A DNA stretch of 64,000 nt from Trichoplax adhaerens (Eukaryota > Animalia > Placozoa). The number at the start of each line of letters is the position of its first letter. Position 1 is the stretch's first letter. The stretch covers positions 3,834,335 to 3,898,334 of the forward strand of contig NW_002060947.1 in the NCBI RefSeq assembly GCF_000150275.1, in the 5' to 3' direction. Below, piece after piece: positions 12,125-25,500 of the stretch. The notes under the pieces are model-generated. The model was not told the DNA's origin, ran no database searches, and was given only the letters and a program-made list of their open reading frames with translations. Both the position numbers and the translations under genes were made by a program.

Positions 12125-14506
12125 AAAATCAGTTGTCGTTGTACTTGTTGAAATATATCGCTATTATCTAATGGATCCATAAGTTTCTTGTAATAAGGTA
12201 CTATAATTACCATAATGATAATACCGTTACCAAAATTAGTAAATTGGTGCCTTATGTAATTACCAGAATTTTTTATTTTTAAATTAACTTTAAAATAAAT
12301 TTCTATCTAAATAATCTCTTTGTTTCCATCTATCGTAGTTTAACTCATAAATAATATTTATGACATAGTAGATAATAAATCCAGCTGAAGTATAAGTGTG
12401 AACAGAAATAACAATAGGCCTGGATATTCTGACAAGCTTGACAGTTTTCTGGCCACATAAGTCAACAATAAAAATCTTTTCTATTTATGGAGAAGTTAAA
12501 TTTAAACTAAGCCATCATAGTTATCTTAACATATTTATTCTATAAAAATAAATAAGCGATGATGCGGTATTTTTTACCCAATAAGTTTTTATATTTATAG
12601 TATCAAAACGAGGATGAAAGATGAAACGTTAAATTGAATAAATGATCAACATAAGGAAAGGTGCTTGTACACGTGATGGATAAACGCTCTTCTATTATTT
12701 ATCTAACCTTCGAAATTAGTTTCATAAACATTTAATTTTTAAATTTATTTACAATATAAATTCAGTTGATATTTATACTGGGCTATGATTAAGGACATAG
12801 CCATCTTGACGTTCAAGTATTGATTATTTAATCCGCAAATAAATGAACTGATGATACGACTTGAGTTATCTCTTTAGCAAATAACATAAGATGGGTACTG
12901 TATAGTTTGTTTGTGACCATGCTGTAAATAACATGGTATAGTGCACATCAATTTATAGCTATCAAATAACACGTAATCACCGATCTAAGAAATCGATTGT
13001 ACTTAAGTCGTAGTATCGGAAAGAAAAATTAGTGGCTTTCACATTTTGTTCGACTAATACAAATGTTTTTAAAAGCTGGATATTTAACACATTAACAAAC
13101 CTACTTTAGTAAATCGTCATAAATAGTACTGTATATTGATTGAGTGATGACTTTGGCAACAGTATCAAAAATTTAAGTTAGCTTTTTACTTTAGTCAATA
13201 TCGGAAGAGAATTGGCTAACTTCATGGACACTGAAAATCAAGCATGATTCACTTAGAATAGTTCTTAGTTTGAGCTTTAAGTTACCTTAACAAGCAACTA
13301 AGACAATCTTAAACAAACATCATTTACAACTATAATAAAAGCAGCGCTTTTAATGATAGTCGAGGCCTATTGTAGAAGATCCTTTATCCTTTCAAATAAT
13401 TGAGTACATTTTTATACATATTTGTATTAATATAAAGCAGTAAACCCAGCGATAACATACTACTGCCAGGTGATGATATAATTCTTAAAAATAGAAATTG
13501 ATATAAATAAAGGGCACTCAGTTTGAACCGCTAATTAACTCTGAATTTTAGGTGTGCAACTAAATGGTAATCGACGATTTCCATAGAGATTTTCAATATT
13601 GTAAAGCATTTTGTGATCAATAAAGTTAGAATACTAAAGCAAGGATAAACTTGTAATATTGTATTAGACAGAATAATTTGCACAAATTAATAAGTGAATA
13701 ACTCAATAATAGGGATATTAAAATAAAATAAGTCTATTATTCTATTGAAAAGAAACGCTATTGGATTTGAACGCTACTCTCCGTATTATGCGCTTCTCTA
13801 TGCAAGTTAGCTAAGAATCTCATTTTTAGATTAGGTACTTACCAAGTACTGTTAAAAGCTTCTCAATAATTGATTTACGACAAACAAAAATCATTAATAA
13901 ACCCTAACGTACAAAAGATGCTTTTGTTGAATAAATATACGTATACAGTTACACTTAAGACATTAATTCAAGAAATAAAATATAATTTTCCTACATGCAT
14001 ACGTATTATTATATCCGAATTAATGTCAGCTCGTGAATTTATAATACAATAAATTTATATACTATTAAGCTCAAGTACATTTAGTGACCTTTCAGCTAGA
14101 CCTGATTGGATCGTTATTGCATACTAGAAAAGAGATTCGAAAGTAGTCACTAGTCTCACTTCACAATACCAGATCCAATATCCGTCCTAAGCAAATACAA
14201 TTAGGCTACAAGATGCATTAAAAATGGTAATAAATTAATACGACCGATAACTTAATTGCAATTTTAGTAAATATTTACAATAAAAATTTCATTTTATAAT
14301 CTTTCATAATCAGTTGCAAAGTTTACCTCATAATGAACTTGTTTTAGATGACTAATCAATACATACACATGTTAGTATCGTAAGAATCACATTATATTTT
14401 GCCCTCGTCATAGGGTTAACATTAGTACAAAGGGTGATTAGATTACTGATAAGTATGTAAGAGTTACTTCAGCAAAAGTAGCTATTTTATCAGTTGGTTT
14501 TATATC

Positions 14507-16787
14507 TTATAAGTGAAAGATTTTTAATCCGTTCATGTTTGTTATTACAATTTTCTCCAGGGCAGTTTTTGCATCACAATCTTGAAAGTATGCTAAGGAA
14601 TCCAACAATTTTGATTTGTAGGTTTCGTAAACAGTTTTAACTTCGTCAAGCACCAATTTTTGATGTTTATAAAACTAAGACATTAAATAAGAAATCAAAT
14701 CGTTGTTCAGAAGTTATAAAAGCTCTGTCAATTATATATAGTAGTATTTATCACGAAGTCAGTTACTTGAATATTTGACGAGAATAACGTAGCTTTATCT
14801 TCTGAATTTTGCAAGGCAAGGAGTGCCGGTAAACTTGTATAATCTATCTGACTTCCAGTATCATCCAATTGAAGTGCACTTAATTCTAAGGATAACTGTC
14901 AAATAAGAGTAATCGTTATAGAACGGTATGGATTTAAGCAAGTAATTTCTAATTAACACTCGTACATTCAATTACGAAATTGTTTGGAAATAGGATAACC
15001 TGTTGAGTATAAGCCAAGTTCTGTCCAAAATTGTTAGCGACCATTTGCGCTTCTTCACTATGATTAACTAACTTTAAAGCACATTGACAACTCTTTGATA
15101 ATAAACTACCCTTTCTTAATAATGTTCGTTGCTCCCATAAATTGACATAGTCTATAATATCCGACTTAATTACATCTTGAATCGTAGAACAAAGAAATTC
15201 ACCTTCCATCATTTCACTTATGGCTTCGGACATGAGTTGTACAACCTGCGAATAGAAGGAGAAAAAATAATATTTCATTGATATTGTAACTAACTTATAG
15301 CACATAGATTTCTGTAAAATAATAAGATATGACAAAATATATATTAGTATTTACGTAAAAGCATCGTTCACTATATCAATACAGTAGCTAGCTTGAATAA
15401 CAAATATCTTCGACTGCAGACTTAGAGCTACCTTGATCGATTGATCGATCGGTTGCTGCGGCATGCGATCAAAGCAGAGATTTATAAATCATGTATGTAA
15501 TGATGACAGTATTTATGATATAGAAATTGCTATATTTAAAAAAATGTTACAATATATTAACAGTCTAAAAAAGTGATACTAGGTGATCCGATGAAACATA
15601 AGAAAAAAATTTCGAATCCGTAGAAATTTTCAACATTATGTAATATCGATCAGTTAATCTACAACCTGTGTATTTTCTAACTTAGCCAATCCATTGCTGG
15701 CTTTGGCCAACAAGAAATCACCAATTAAAACAGCCATTTTATTGCCTAGCTGCAATTCTTTGTCTTCTTCGGAAGCAATCGGTTCAGGTAAATTAACTAC
15801 TCCAGTGTGAATTATTTGTGCCATGCGAATTATTTCAGTAATTTCTGCTAGTGATCGCTGAGTTGGGTAGATTCCATCGACGCTTTGTTCTTCAATCATT
15901 TGACTTTTACCAGCAGCTTTAGCAATGAGCAAGACAATTAAGGAATATTTAGCTTTGTTTTCGTTATAACTGTTATTGATTAATCCCCTATCAAATCATA
16001 ACCGTTCATATAACATTAGTTGCCATAAAGGTTTCTATAGCAGGAGTATAGTAGACTGTATATAGTAAATTAGACATTAATTGATTAGTTCACTTTAAAT
16101 TGGAGATTCCATGCATTGTGTCAATGGTATGACTCAAAGTGTAATAGTAATCTTAGCAGAGATGCTTGATGGGCATGATCTTTAACCCTGGACATTTAGT
16201 ACCGTAGTATGCTGTTGATACACGTGTTATAGAGAGGCTTAACTTACGAGTACCTCAATCTTCTAATTGATAGCATACGCGTATTCACTATACAACTGTA
16301 TATCATTTTATTGCGTAGCAAGCTTAAAGATTCGCTACCTAAACAAGTCTAGATATCGACTCGTGTCTATCCGGGGACTACAGTACCGTATGGTGTGATG
16401 ATCGTGTCCAATTATTACCATTACGATAAGCTTACAACTCTTTTATTAACACAAACTGATTGACTGAATAGTTACACAAACTTCTAGAAGGGTTTTTACT
16501 GACCTAATAGTATGCATTAATGGATGACGGCTACCGAGTAATTTCTTCATATGCACTGCAACATTGGATACTTCGTCTGTGAGTAAATGTCGAAAGCTAA
16601 GGAAAGACGTAGGATAACCAACGATTTTTTCAGCTTCAGAAACCGCTTTAGCTTCATGTGTCTTGGGATATGCAGAAAATGTACCATAAAATTGTCCATG
16701 GACATTATATGTTAGGTTAATGACAGTCTTCTTTGGGTGATGATTCCATTGCCGCCATAATAATCGTAAAATAGCATTACTTATCAT
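14507..16787 (-). CDS. PDSS2: Decaprenyl-diphosphate synthase subunit 2 (DLP1), 5 exons, ~382 aa
   Basis: Exons 16787-16504, 15987-15666, 15245-15000, 14895-14767, 14674-14507, all GT-AG and phase-consistent. Motifs AEKIVGYPTSFLS, QRSLAEITE, IHTGVVNL (no DDxxD, as in subunit 2) and GNKMAVLIGDFLLA. Arg-rich N-terminus consistent with mitochondrial targeting. Confidence 0.93.
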
Positions 16788-17015
16788 GATGATTAATGTT
16801 GAGCAGCAAGTAGCTGCAGATCTTGGCGAAGAGTTGAGGATGATGAATGGATGAGCTCAGCAACTAGAGCTCAATCTGAGCTGCAGACTGCAGTCATGGT
16901 GATGAAATGTTGCGTACTGTACGCGCGATACTTGTAGTTGAATCTATCTGTCGCTTGCGTTCCCATAGTGCATTATAGGCATAAGGCACCTGTTTGCGTT
17001 ATGATTATTACAGAC

Positions 17016-17068
17016 CACAGTACATATTGTACAGTGTACAGTACATCATGTACAGTACAGTACTGTAC
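17016..17068. repeat. ACAGT/ACTGT microsatellite in the divergent PDSS2 / propeller-gene promoter
   Basis: CACAGTACATATTGTACAGTGTACAGTACATCATGTACAGTACAGTACTGTAC lies between two head-to-head start codons (16787 -, 17455 +). Confidence 0.8.
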
Positions 17069-17454
17069 CAGAAGTCGTGGATCTGATTCGAAGAAGAAAT
17101 GGAGTCCATTTTGCAATGAAACGAAAGAAATCAATGAACTAAAAATCCAGTAAAATCTTTCATAGCTTCAATTTTTACCTTGTAACAGTTACACTAGATT
17201 GATGTAGATATTCTCTAGTGACATTCTTCAAAGACTCTTGACCCACATACTGTATAACAACGTGTTCATATTTTTGTATCAGGCATTTATTAATAGATTA
17301 GCGATAGTAGCTAGCATACAGTGATAGCACTTGTACCCTGGTCGCAGTGTCCAGAATTAATATAATTTGCTAATTTGGTCATTGAAAAGATACTAAAGGC
17401 TGTCTCTTTAATAATCTTGCTAATATCTATTTTATCCAAGGCTATCTTAGCAGA

Positions 17455-20400
17455 ATGATACGTCGATATTACATCATTGTCTACCTTATGATTATTTCGT
17501 AAGTAATGATTGCTTAGCCTTCAACACTTCTAATATAAATGATGAATGATGCTGTCGTATGGATACATACAAATACTCATCTAATGTCAGTAGGCTCCTT
17601 ACACTGCATAATAAAATGAAATAGTGATATCGTTTTATCTTTGCAACCAGGGATAGTTATTAAAATGAATAGTATCTTAGTTGCTGGCAGATTTAGGAGA
17701 TTATGTAACGATCCATTTACTACTCAGTCGTACAGTCTCGTGTTAGACATACAGTATTACGTAGTAACTTAAATAGTTAATATCAATTATATTATGAGCA
17801 ATTATTTAGCCCTTGGTGTTGAAGTTGATTGCAAGAAATGATTTGTGATTAGTTTAGCTACTACGTATTTAACAAACTCATTTTCTGTCTATTTCCTCTA
17901 TGCAATGCTATGCAATTTAGTAAAATGATCCAGCTGGGCATTATTGTATTATGATTCTATCTTCTGATTTTAATTAAATTAAATAAATTCATGGTCGTCC
18001 TTAGGTTATGCCTGTCAAGTAGCCAGGATAACTTTTTTAACCAGTTTGCTAATCAAGCTTTTCAATTTGCCTATAAATCATGGTACGCATGACTATAAGA
18101 TATCATTATAGTAATGTCATAATTACTGTTATAGTTAAATATTCTTATTATAGCGTACGGAGAAGATTTAGTAATAAATCCAATGACGGATTAGATTAAA
18201 AAGTATATAGCGTATGACCATGAATTAAATTCAACGTGTCACATACTGCATATCAAAAAGTTACATATTATATATAATAGTATTAAACAAACAACAAACT
18301 GAATTAAGGTTTGGAAATAACATTAATAAATTCTCTAATAATGCTTAATTTCAGTATCACATATTGTATGTAAGTGATATATATATTGAGATATTACGAA
18401 GCATTTTTTTAAAATATTCAGTAGCAATAAACTGCACTAATATTAGAAGATAACATATTAATGGTTTTGTCAATATAACTTGTTACCATTACAGTGTACT
18501 ATTGATGCTGTTTCTATATATGTTATGATATAAATTGTACTTTAGTGTTGTACTTCTGTAATAATAATTTATTAAGAAGCCTTAAAACGATTGCAGTGAT
18601 TAATATATAAAAATAGCACCCCAGGTACGTAAAATTTTGATAGAAATTGATCGCAACCATTGATTAGGATGATTCATATTTGGTAGGAATAATCAAAATT
18701 ATCGTGAAGTCAGGCATCTAAATAATATTGATAAACCATCGTATGTACTAGCAACCCCAGGTGGAAGTTTATACATTTCAAGGTAATTTAGAAACTTAGA
18801 GTATCAACTTTTATATCGTCCGATTACATCGATCTGAATTTGATGAGAAACGTTTGATTGCTGGTAATACTGTATGTTATCTAACAACAAATTATTTTAA
18901 ATATTAATACCTATAACTAGTTATGAATTTGACATCCACATATAACTCGTATGTAACAAATTAACACCATTTCTATTTCATTTTTAGCTTCATGAAAAAT
19001 GAAGTAAGTCATTACAACCAACCAATTGAAGAAAACTTAAGTTTATTTTTCGACCTATAAGCTGTACAAATATTTAATTGTAAATGGATAATTGAAATTT
19101 TAATGTGTAATCAAACGATCAGTAGCGCTAACGTAACATAGAAACGATTACACGTACTATGCGTCCTATGATATCACCTATATGAGTACAAACGAGGTCT
19201 CATTAAATTAAATATTTCAAGTTAATCTTGATTTGTTTAAAGATTTGCTCTAATATACGTTTATCACATTCTAGTTGTACTCTACGGTGTTTAAGGAGTA
19301 AAACATATTATAAAAGCTTATTTAGCATTGATTACCTAACCGAAAATTTTATACAAGACTAGCATTTAAAAAATATGACTGGAAAGTTTTATTTTATTGT
19401 AATACTATTGACCTTTTGCAGGTTTATTGGATACCTAATATTTATAAATCTCAGAGTCAAGCTGTTACACTGATTCATGGTTCCGGTTTAGATGGTCCAT
19501 GGGGAATGGTATTGGGTAAGATTTTATAATACCAGCTTAAAGTGCAGATACTGTAGGATTATATAAACATGTAGAGCAATTTAGTCCACCTTTTAATTGA
19601 AATCGGGTCAATCCTATATGAGGGATCAAACATAAGAAATTAAACTTAAATCAAATACGATAGTTTTGTCAGTTGTACTATATTTATACATATGTATGCG
19701 TATTTTGCATGTTTTGGCAAACAAATTTTTATTACGTTGCAATGCAAGCCGATGTTTACTTTAGGAGTTTTATAAGACATGTCTTTGCTTATGTTCTTGC
19801 ATTAGTAAATTTAAACAATTGCAATATTTAATAATGTCTACAAATTTATTTATCACATGGGATGATTATAATTATTTAATATGTAAGATAACTTAGTCTA
19901 CTTATGAAACTTAGATAATAAGATATTATATGTAGCAAGCTTTGCAACTGACGAAATTCGGAAGTATAATTCTACGACTGGGGAATTTATAAATTCCTTT
20001 GGCGGTGAACAATATTTGGATTGTCCAGGTTATTCACATATCATTTTAATTTCATCAAACGTCATACAATTCCATCTATTTGCTGTAGCTGATTCGTGAT
20101 TATAACGCAGTCGTTTCTAAAATTATAGCAAAATACACTTATTAAATACTCTTTTCGTTTGTATACTGCTATTCGTAAGAGTTGTGAGGTATAGGTATAC
20201 AGTACAGCATATTTCGGTGTAACTGTCAAATACGACTGTAGATATTACAATTCTGATGTAATTATAAATATGCATCTTGTTACAGTATTTATCAATCTAT
20301 TACTAACCTAAGACTTTAAATATTGATTTTCTATTACTTGCTGTAATTTCGGTACAGAGGGAATCGTATTAGGATCTAACAGAACTCTCTATGTTGCCAG

Positions 20401-21815
20401 TTTTCTGAACGATAAAGTAGTAAAATTTAATTTGGAAGGTGATTTCTTAGGAGTGGTACGTATATATTCCATCATTACATTTAATTTATCCTTTAGAACT
20501 CATACTTCATACTGCTAAAATCGGTTCTACTCCAAATTTAATGCACATAATGTTTAATCTATGCATACATATATATATGTTAGGTAGCGGATGGGAGTAG
20601 CGGTTTGAAAGGGTATGCATACGAAAATATAAGTAGAATATAAGTAGTAGTAGAATATTGTAAGATCTCTAATAAATAAATTTTGCCTTAATGCTACATT
20701 CATATAGTGACAAAACTTTAAATCATGCGATTATCCTGTTGAATGTATAGACCAGAAGGCGTTTTGTTGATGAAAGATGGAAGCCTATTAGTTACCAGTC
20801 ATTATAGCGATAATATCCTCAAATTTAATTCTCAAACTGGTAAGAAGAATAAATATTTCAAAGTCTTTGATATAGTATATAGGGAATGACCGGCCATTCC
20901 CGGGAGTGGCCAGGATTGACCGTAACATATATAGTAGTAGCCTACTACAGTTCGTAAAACTTCCATGTATTTTTTATAATTGATAATTCTTTAATGAGAC
21001 ATACTTACATGTGCACATGTCCGTGTCAACACTACAAATAATTAGTTGAAAGATAAAACAATCTAATGAAACGAAATAGCATTAAGTAGTAGGCTTAAGC
21101 GATTCACTTTGGACCTACTAGAAATGGCTATTAGCAAATTTTTAAAATCGCATTATAGCTGTACTGGGGTGTTTATTATGCTGTAGGCAAATTCTTGGGT
21201 GAATTTGGTAAAGTTGATAGGCCTGTAGGACTCGCTCTTGGTTATGATGGGTAAAACTCTGAGATCTATTATAGGTTAATGCTATATTTTGGATATCATT
21301 ATTAGCTGTACCCTGAATTTCGTTTTTCTTTTTAGCTTTGTCTATGTAACAAGTTATTCCACGGATAGCATCGTAATTTTGGATAGCAGCGGTACGAATA
21401 TCTTATTGACGTGAAAAATTTTGAAGATAATTTCTTATCGTATTGAATGTGTATTCCTCTCTGCATGGTACATGCAGTGTGCTGTATTACAACAGTATCT
21501 TATATTGTATGCACCCGTATAGTTCACTTATTATATATTAATTAACAAAAGAAATTTTTTTACCGCTTTATTCCATTCCTCGCTAAATATCAATAAGGAC
21601 GCTTTGTTGACGTGGTAGCAAAACATGGAATGAATGGACCTTCTAGCTTAAGGCAAGTTTAACTTCAAATTACTATTATAAATTATATAGTTCTTCTGAT
21701 CGATATTATGGTTTTGGATTACAGTTTTGCCAGTAGCCGAATTATATACTGTTCCAGCTATGGGAATGATCGAGTCTTATCAATCAATATCTCATCAAGC
21801 GCTGTAATGAATTGA
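17455..21815 (+). CDS. Probably secreted six-bladed NHL/Vgb/SMP30-like beta-propeller protein, 13 exons, ~286 aa
   Basis: Hand-spliced exons 17455-17498, 18355-18369, 18687-18782, 18988-19003, 19422-19515, 19915-20028, 20358-20455, 20584-20612, 20751-20839, 21187-21250, 21336-21391, 21598-21652, 21725-21815 give 861 nt in one frame. Six repeats: IDKPSYV..LYISS, LDGPWGM..LYVAS, LDCPEGI..LYVAS, LKGPEGV..LLVTS, VDRPVGL..VYVTS, MNGPSSL..IYCSS. N-terminus MIRRYYIIVYLMIISITYC is signal-peptide-like. The first two exons are less certain. Confidence 0.85.
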
Positions 21816-22589
21816 TTATAATGATCAACACTGTTGCGAAGCCAGTTTTACTTTGATTCGGAGAATATAATGAAATACTCTAACTAATGTGTTATTATTG
21901 TTAAGAAACCTAACAGTCATGGTCCTGTATGCCAAGCTTTATGAGCTTTGTAGTGATTAAATCACTTTTAAGACTAGTTTTTACTATGAAACAGGATAAT
22001 GTAATTTACCTTATGCTTTTATCTAAATTACCTGCCTCTATCAAATTCCAACTACATGTACGTATTCTAAAAGAAACCTTTGTTTTCAATCTGACAGCGG
22101 TTGTGCTTCATTTATTCTGCTTCTAAGCAGTTTCGTACGCAGATGTAACCAAACATTATATTGTATAAATGTTGTTTATTGTCATTTAAAGCTAGTATTA
22201 TACCCCATTTTACACATCAAATTGTTTTCTTAGCATTTATTACTTTACTAACGGGAGACCTTTAACCAACAAATTGATTTAATCAGTAGGTGAAGTATTT
22301 AATTGAAGCAGAATGGCAATTCGAGATGATAGTTTGCTCCATGTTTAACGTTGATGAAAGTACCTATCATTGTTTTTCCTGCCATTTGTAGTGACAGTGC
22401 CAGTTGAAATTATAATTAAATTAATAGTAAATAATACTGATATATCGGTTTATTTAATCTAGTTTACTTAGACAGTTGACATTCAAAATGCAATATCATG
22501 ATAGATAAAAAATGGGTAATGTTTGAGTAAATGAATAGTTAGTATTTGATAAATCCCATCATTAAGTACAGACAATTAATTATTAAGAA

Positions 22590-25500
22590 CTACTTAATAT
22601 CGCAAAGCAATGCTACGCCACGAAGTGTCCAATGATCAGGGGGTTGACTTGTTTTTAAATATAAAGAGAAGATATAATTTAAATCTGTACGTCGTTTCTT
22701 TCTGTAAACGGGACATTCGTACAGGCGATTATTTTCGCGAGCTGTTGTAACATTGACAGCATAAATATGGACAACCGGTAAAGGAGTGTATAGGACTTTA
22801 GGTGAGGGTTCTGTAAGCCTACAAGCTCTTCTCTCCCAACCAGCTCCTTCAAGGTATAGTCCATGAACATAGACACCTTCCGCTGGCGGTGTAGCAATAT
22901 CATCATTATAATGTTTTGTAACATCGTTTGCTAGTACCACGTTGTCTAAAGCCCAACCTTTATGAGCTCGAGTAACTTCTTGGCGCATTGCAGTCAAAAA
23001 GCCTTGTGGATTAAAGAAGCTAGTCATGTGGAAAACATTAGGACGCCCTTCAAAGAGCCATGTATGAAATTGAGCATTTCTCTCAAGTAATTCAGTAAAC
23101 CAAAAGCCTAAAGTAGAAGATTCCCAAGAGACTTTTCTCCAAGAAACTGGCACCCTAGCATCATACATATTATCTAAAGCATCGCGTAGTATCTCACTCA
23201 TAATGATGGTGCCATCAATCGCTAATTTAAGATCAGTTAATGTCTGCCTTACAGCAGAAATAACACATTGCATACGATCAATCTCTTGACGTAAGAAGAT
23301 ATTCATAGGTGATAGCAAGCCCATTTTCTGTAATCGATCTTTAACTTCATGGGCTATATAATCGGGGGGTAATTTCTCTAACATATCCATTGCTAACTTT
23401 AATACTACGCTCTCGCGTGTTTCACCGCCGCCAGATGCGCTATCTTTCGGTTGGATGTTGACAATTGTATCTAAAATATCGGTAGCAGTTTTAGTCTGGT
23501 AAGTGATATCAGCATTGGGATGCAGGCCAAAGGCTTCCGGCGAATCTACTAAGGGTAGACTATCAATAGCTGTGCGGTAATCCTCTATGGTTTTACATTT
23601 AGGGATTCGATAACCCTCATAAAATCTGAAATTATCGGCAAACATGGCATCACTAAACCAAGTACGTGCAAAAGTATTTATCAATCGTTTGTCAAAATCA
23701 TCTGTTACACGGCCGCCATATTGGACTTCTCCAATCATATATCTTACTGTATTCCATGATACTCCTTTCTTAATATCCATATCGTCTAAATGATTTTGCA
23801 CAAATTGGACTGTTGCAGTAAGATCGGCTTCGTTAAATTCGTAAGGGATATTCCAACCTAATGGGCCAAACTTTCTCCTTTCTTGTACAACCGTGTGCAA
23901 GAATGCCACACCATAAAGCATTGGCTTCCATTGTGGCATGTTAGTAATATCTAATTGATCCTGAGTAATATTACCATACGTACGTTTAAGACCTGCCTTT
24001 GCACCTTGAGGTGGTTCATTCGTAAATTTAATTGAATGCTGTAAGATATTAATGGGAAATTGCGGGTGAACATCAGTTGTCATCCAAACTCTAAAGCTGT
24101 CATCAGCATTTTCTGCGTTTAATATGGTCTCTAGCAATTCTTCCATAAAATTAAGACCTAAATGGCAATTTTGTAGCATTAACCATCCTCCTTCAGACAT
24201 TGTTTGAGAGAGTAAGCGACGAGCGTGTATTTCTTGACCTTGGCCCATAGAAATTGCTCGACATTCTAGTTTCATTTTCTTGGCTAAAGCCTCAATTGAT
24301 GCTGTAGGATCGGAACCCATAGATAAGAAGCATATCATTGGTGTGCGAGTATTACTTTCTTCCCACATATTTTCTAAATCTAAGATTACTCCTTCGGCAT
24401 ATCTTGAACCAATCGATTCAATAATATAATGTCTCGCTTGTGGTATAGTACGATCAGGACACCAACATCGCACCAATAATAATTTCCGAAGTGTATCAAG
24501 AGAGGTACTATAACCATCAGGGATGATAGCTTCTTCAGGTGCGTCTTCATCATACCAACTTTTCCAACCACGATCATTTCTCGAAATTTGACCTAAGATT
24601 TGAGAAAACTGAGGTAGTTTACTCAACTCAACCAGATTAAGCCAGGTAATGTCGGGTATCCATTTCTTAGGTTTAGGATCAACGTTGTTTAAGTCAAGGG
24701 CAGCACCACCTTTAATGAGTACTTGAAATTCGTCTGATTTTACACGGCCCTGCTGTAAATCAATCTTTAAAGCCAGTAACAACGTAAATAGGAATTTATG
24801 ATTCTCATATAATCCTCGAACTGTATATTTGAATACTGCAAATGTTAGATAATCGATAACATTTTGTATACGTTTAGCTGGAATTGGCGATTTTTGTGAG
24901 CGTACCATAGAGAGATCAAACAATTTTAAAAACTGCGCTAGTGATGTTTGATACATGACATTTACCATTGACATTTCTACAATTAAGAAATATAAGATGC
25001 TTCCACGTGTTGCTACTGGGCGATACTCCTCACGTGCAATATTAATTTTAGTTTCTGTTTCTGCTGCTACAGCTAATTTATCGCGTACTTCTTCAGCTGT
25101 TTTCTTAGTATTAGCCAAGACAGCGATTAATGATTCATCATCGACCAAAGATCCTTCAGTGCTGGTTAGCCGTAGTAAAAGGTTATCTTCCAAATCCTTT
25201 ATTTTGCGCCTATTAAACGTAACTTCTTCGATTAATTTTGTACGCTCCAGTTCTAATTCCTAAATATCATCCGAATAGAAAGTGAATGTGTATATCAAAA
25301 TCGTGCAATATTGATTAAAAGCTTAACATATTCATATTCGTGTACGCGTATACATTTATACAATATGTGCTAGCTATATATTTGTATAAATTAAGTATTG
25401 GTGTATTCAGAGTGATTCTGTACCTTCTTCTCAGTTTGTATAACACGACCAAGCAATTGTCCTTCTAAGCCTTTCATCGTAACAGTGAAATCGATAATAG

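Noticed and set aside
15780-15830. Missing DDxxD motif suggesting a pseudogenised prenyltransferase
   Set aside because: Loss of the aspartate-rich motifs is the normal state of PDSS2/DLP1, and the reading frame is intact.
18617-18624. Possible 8-nt microexon AG|CACCCCAG|GTACGT in the propeller gene
   Set aside because: Including it breaks the frame of the best model; it would need an unidentified phase-0 upstream exon.
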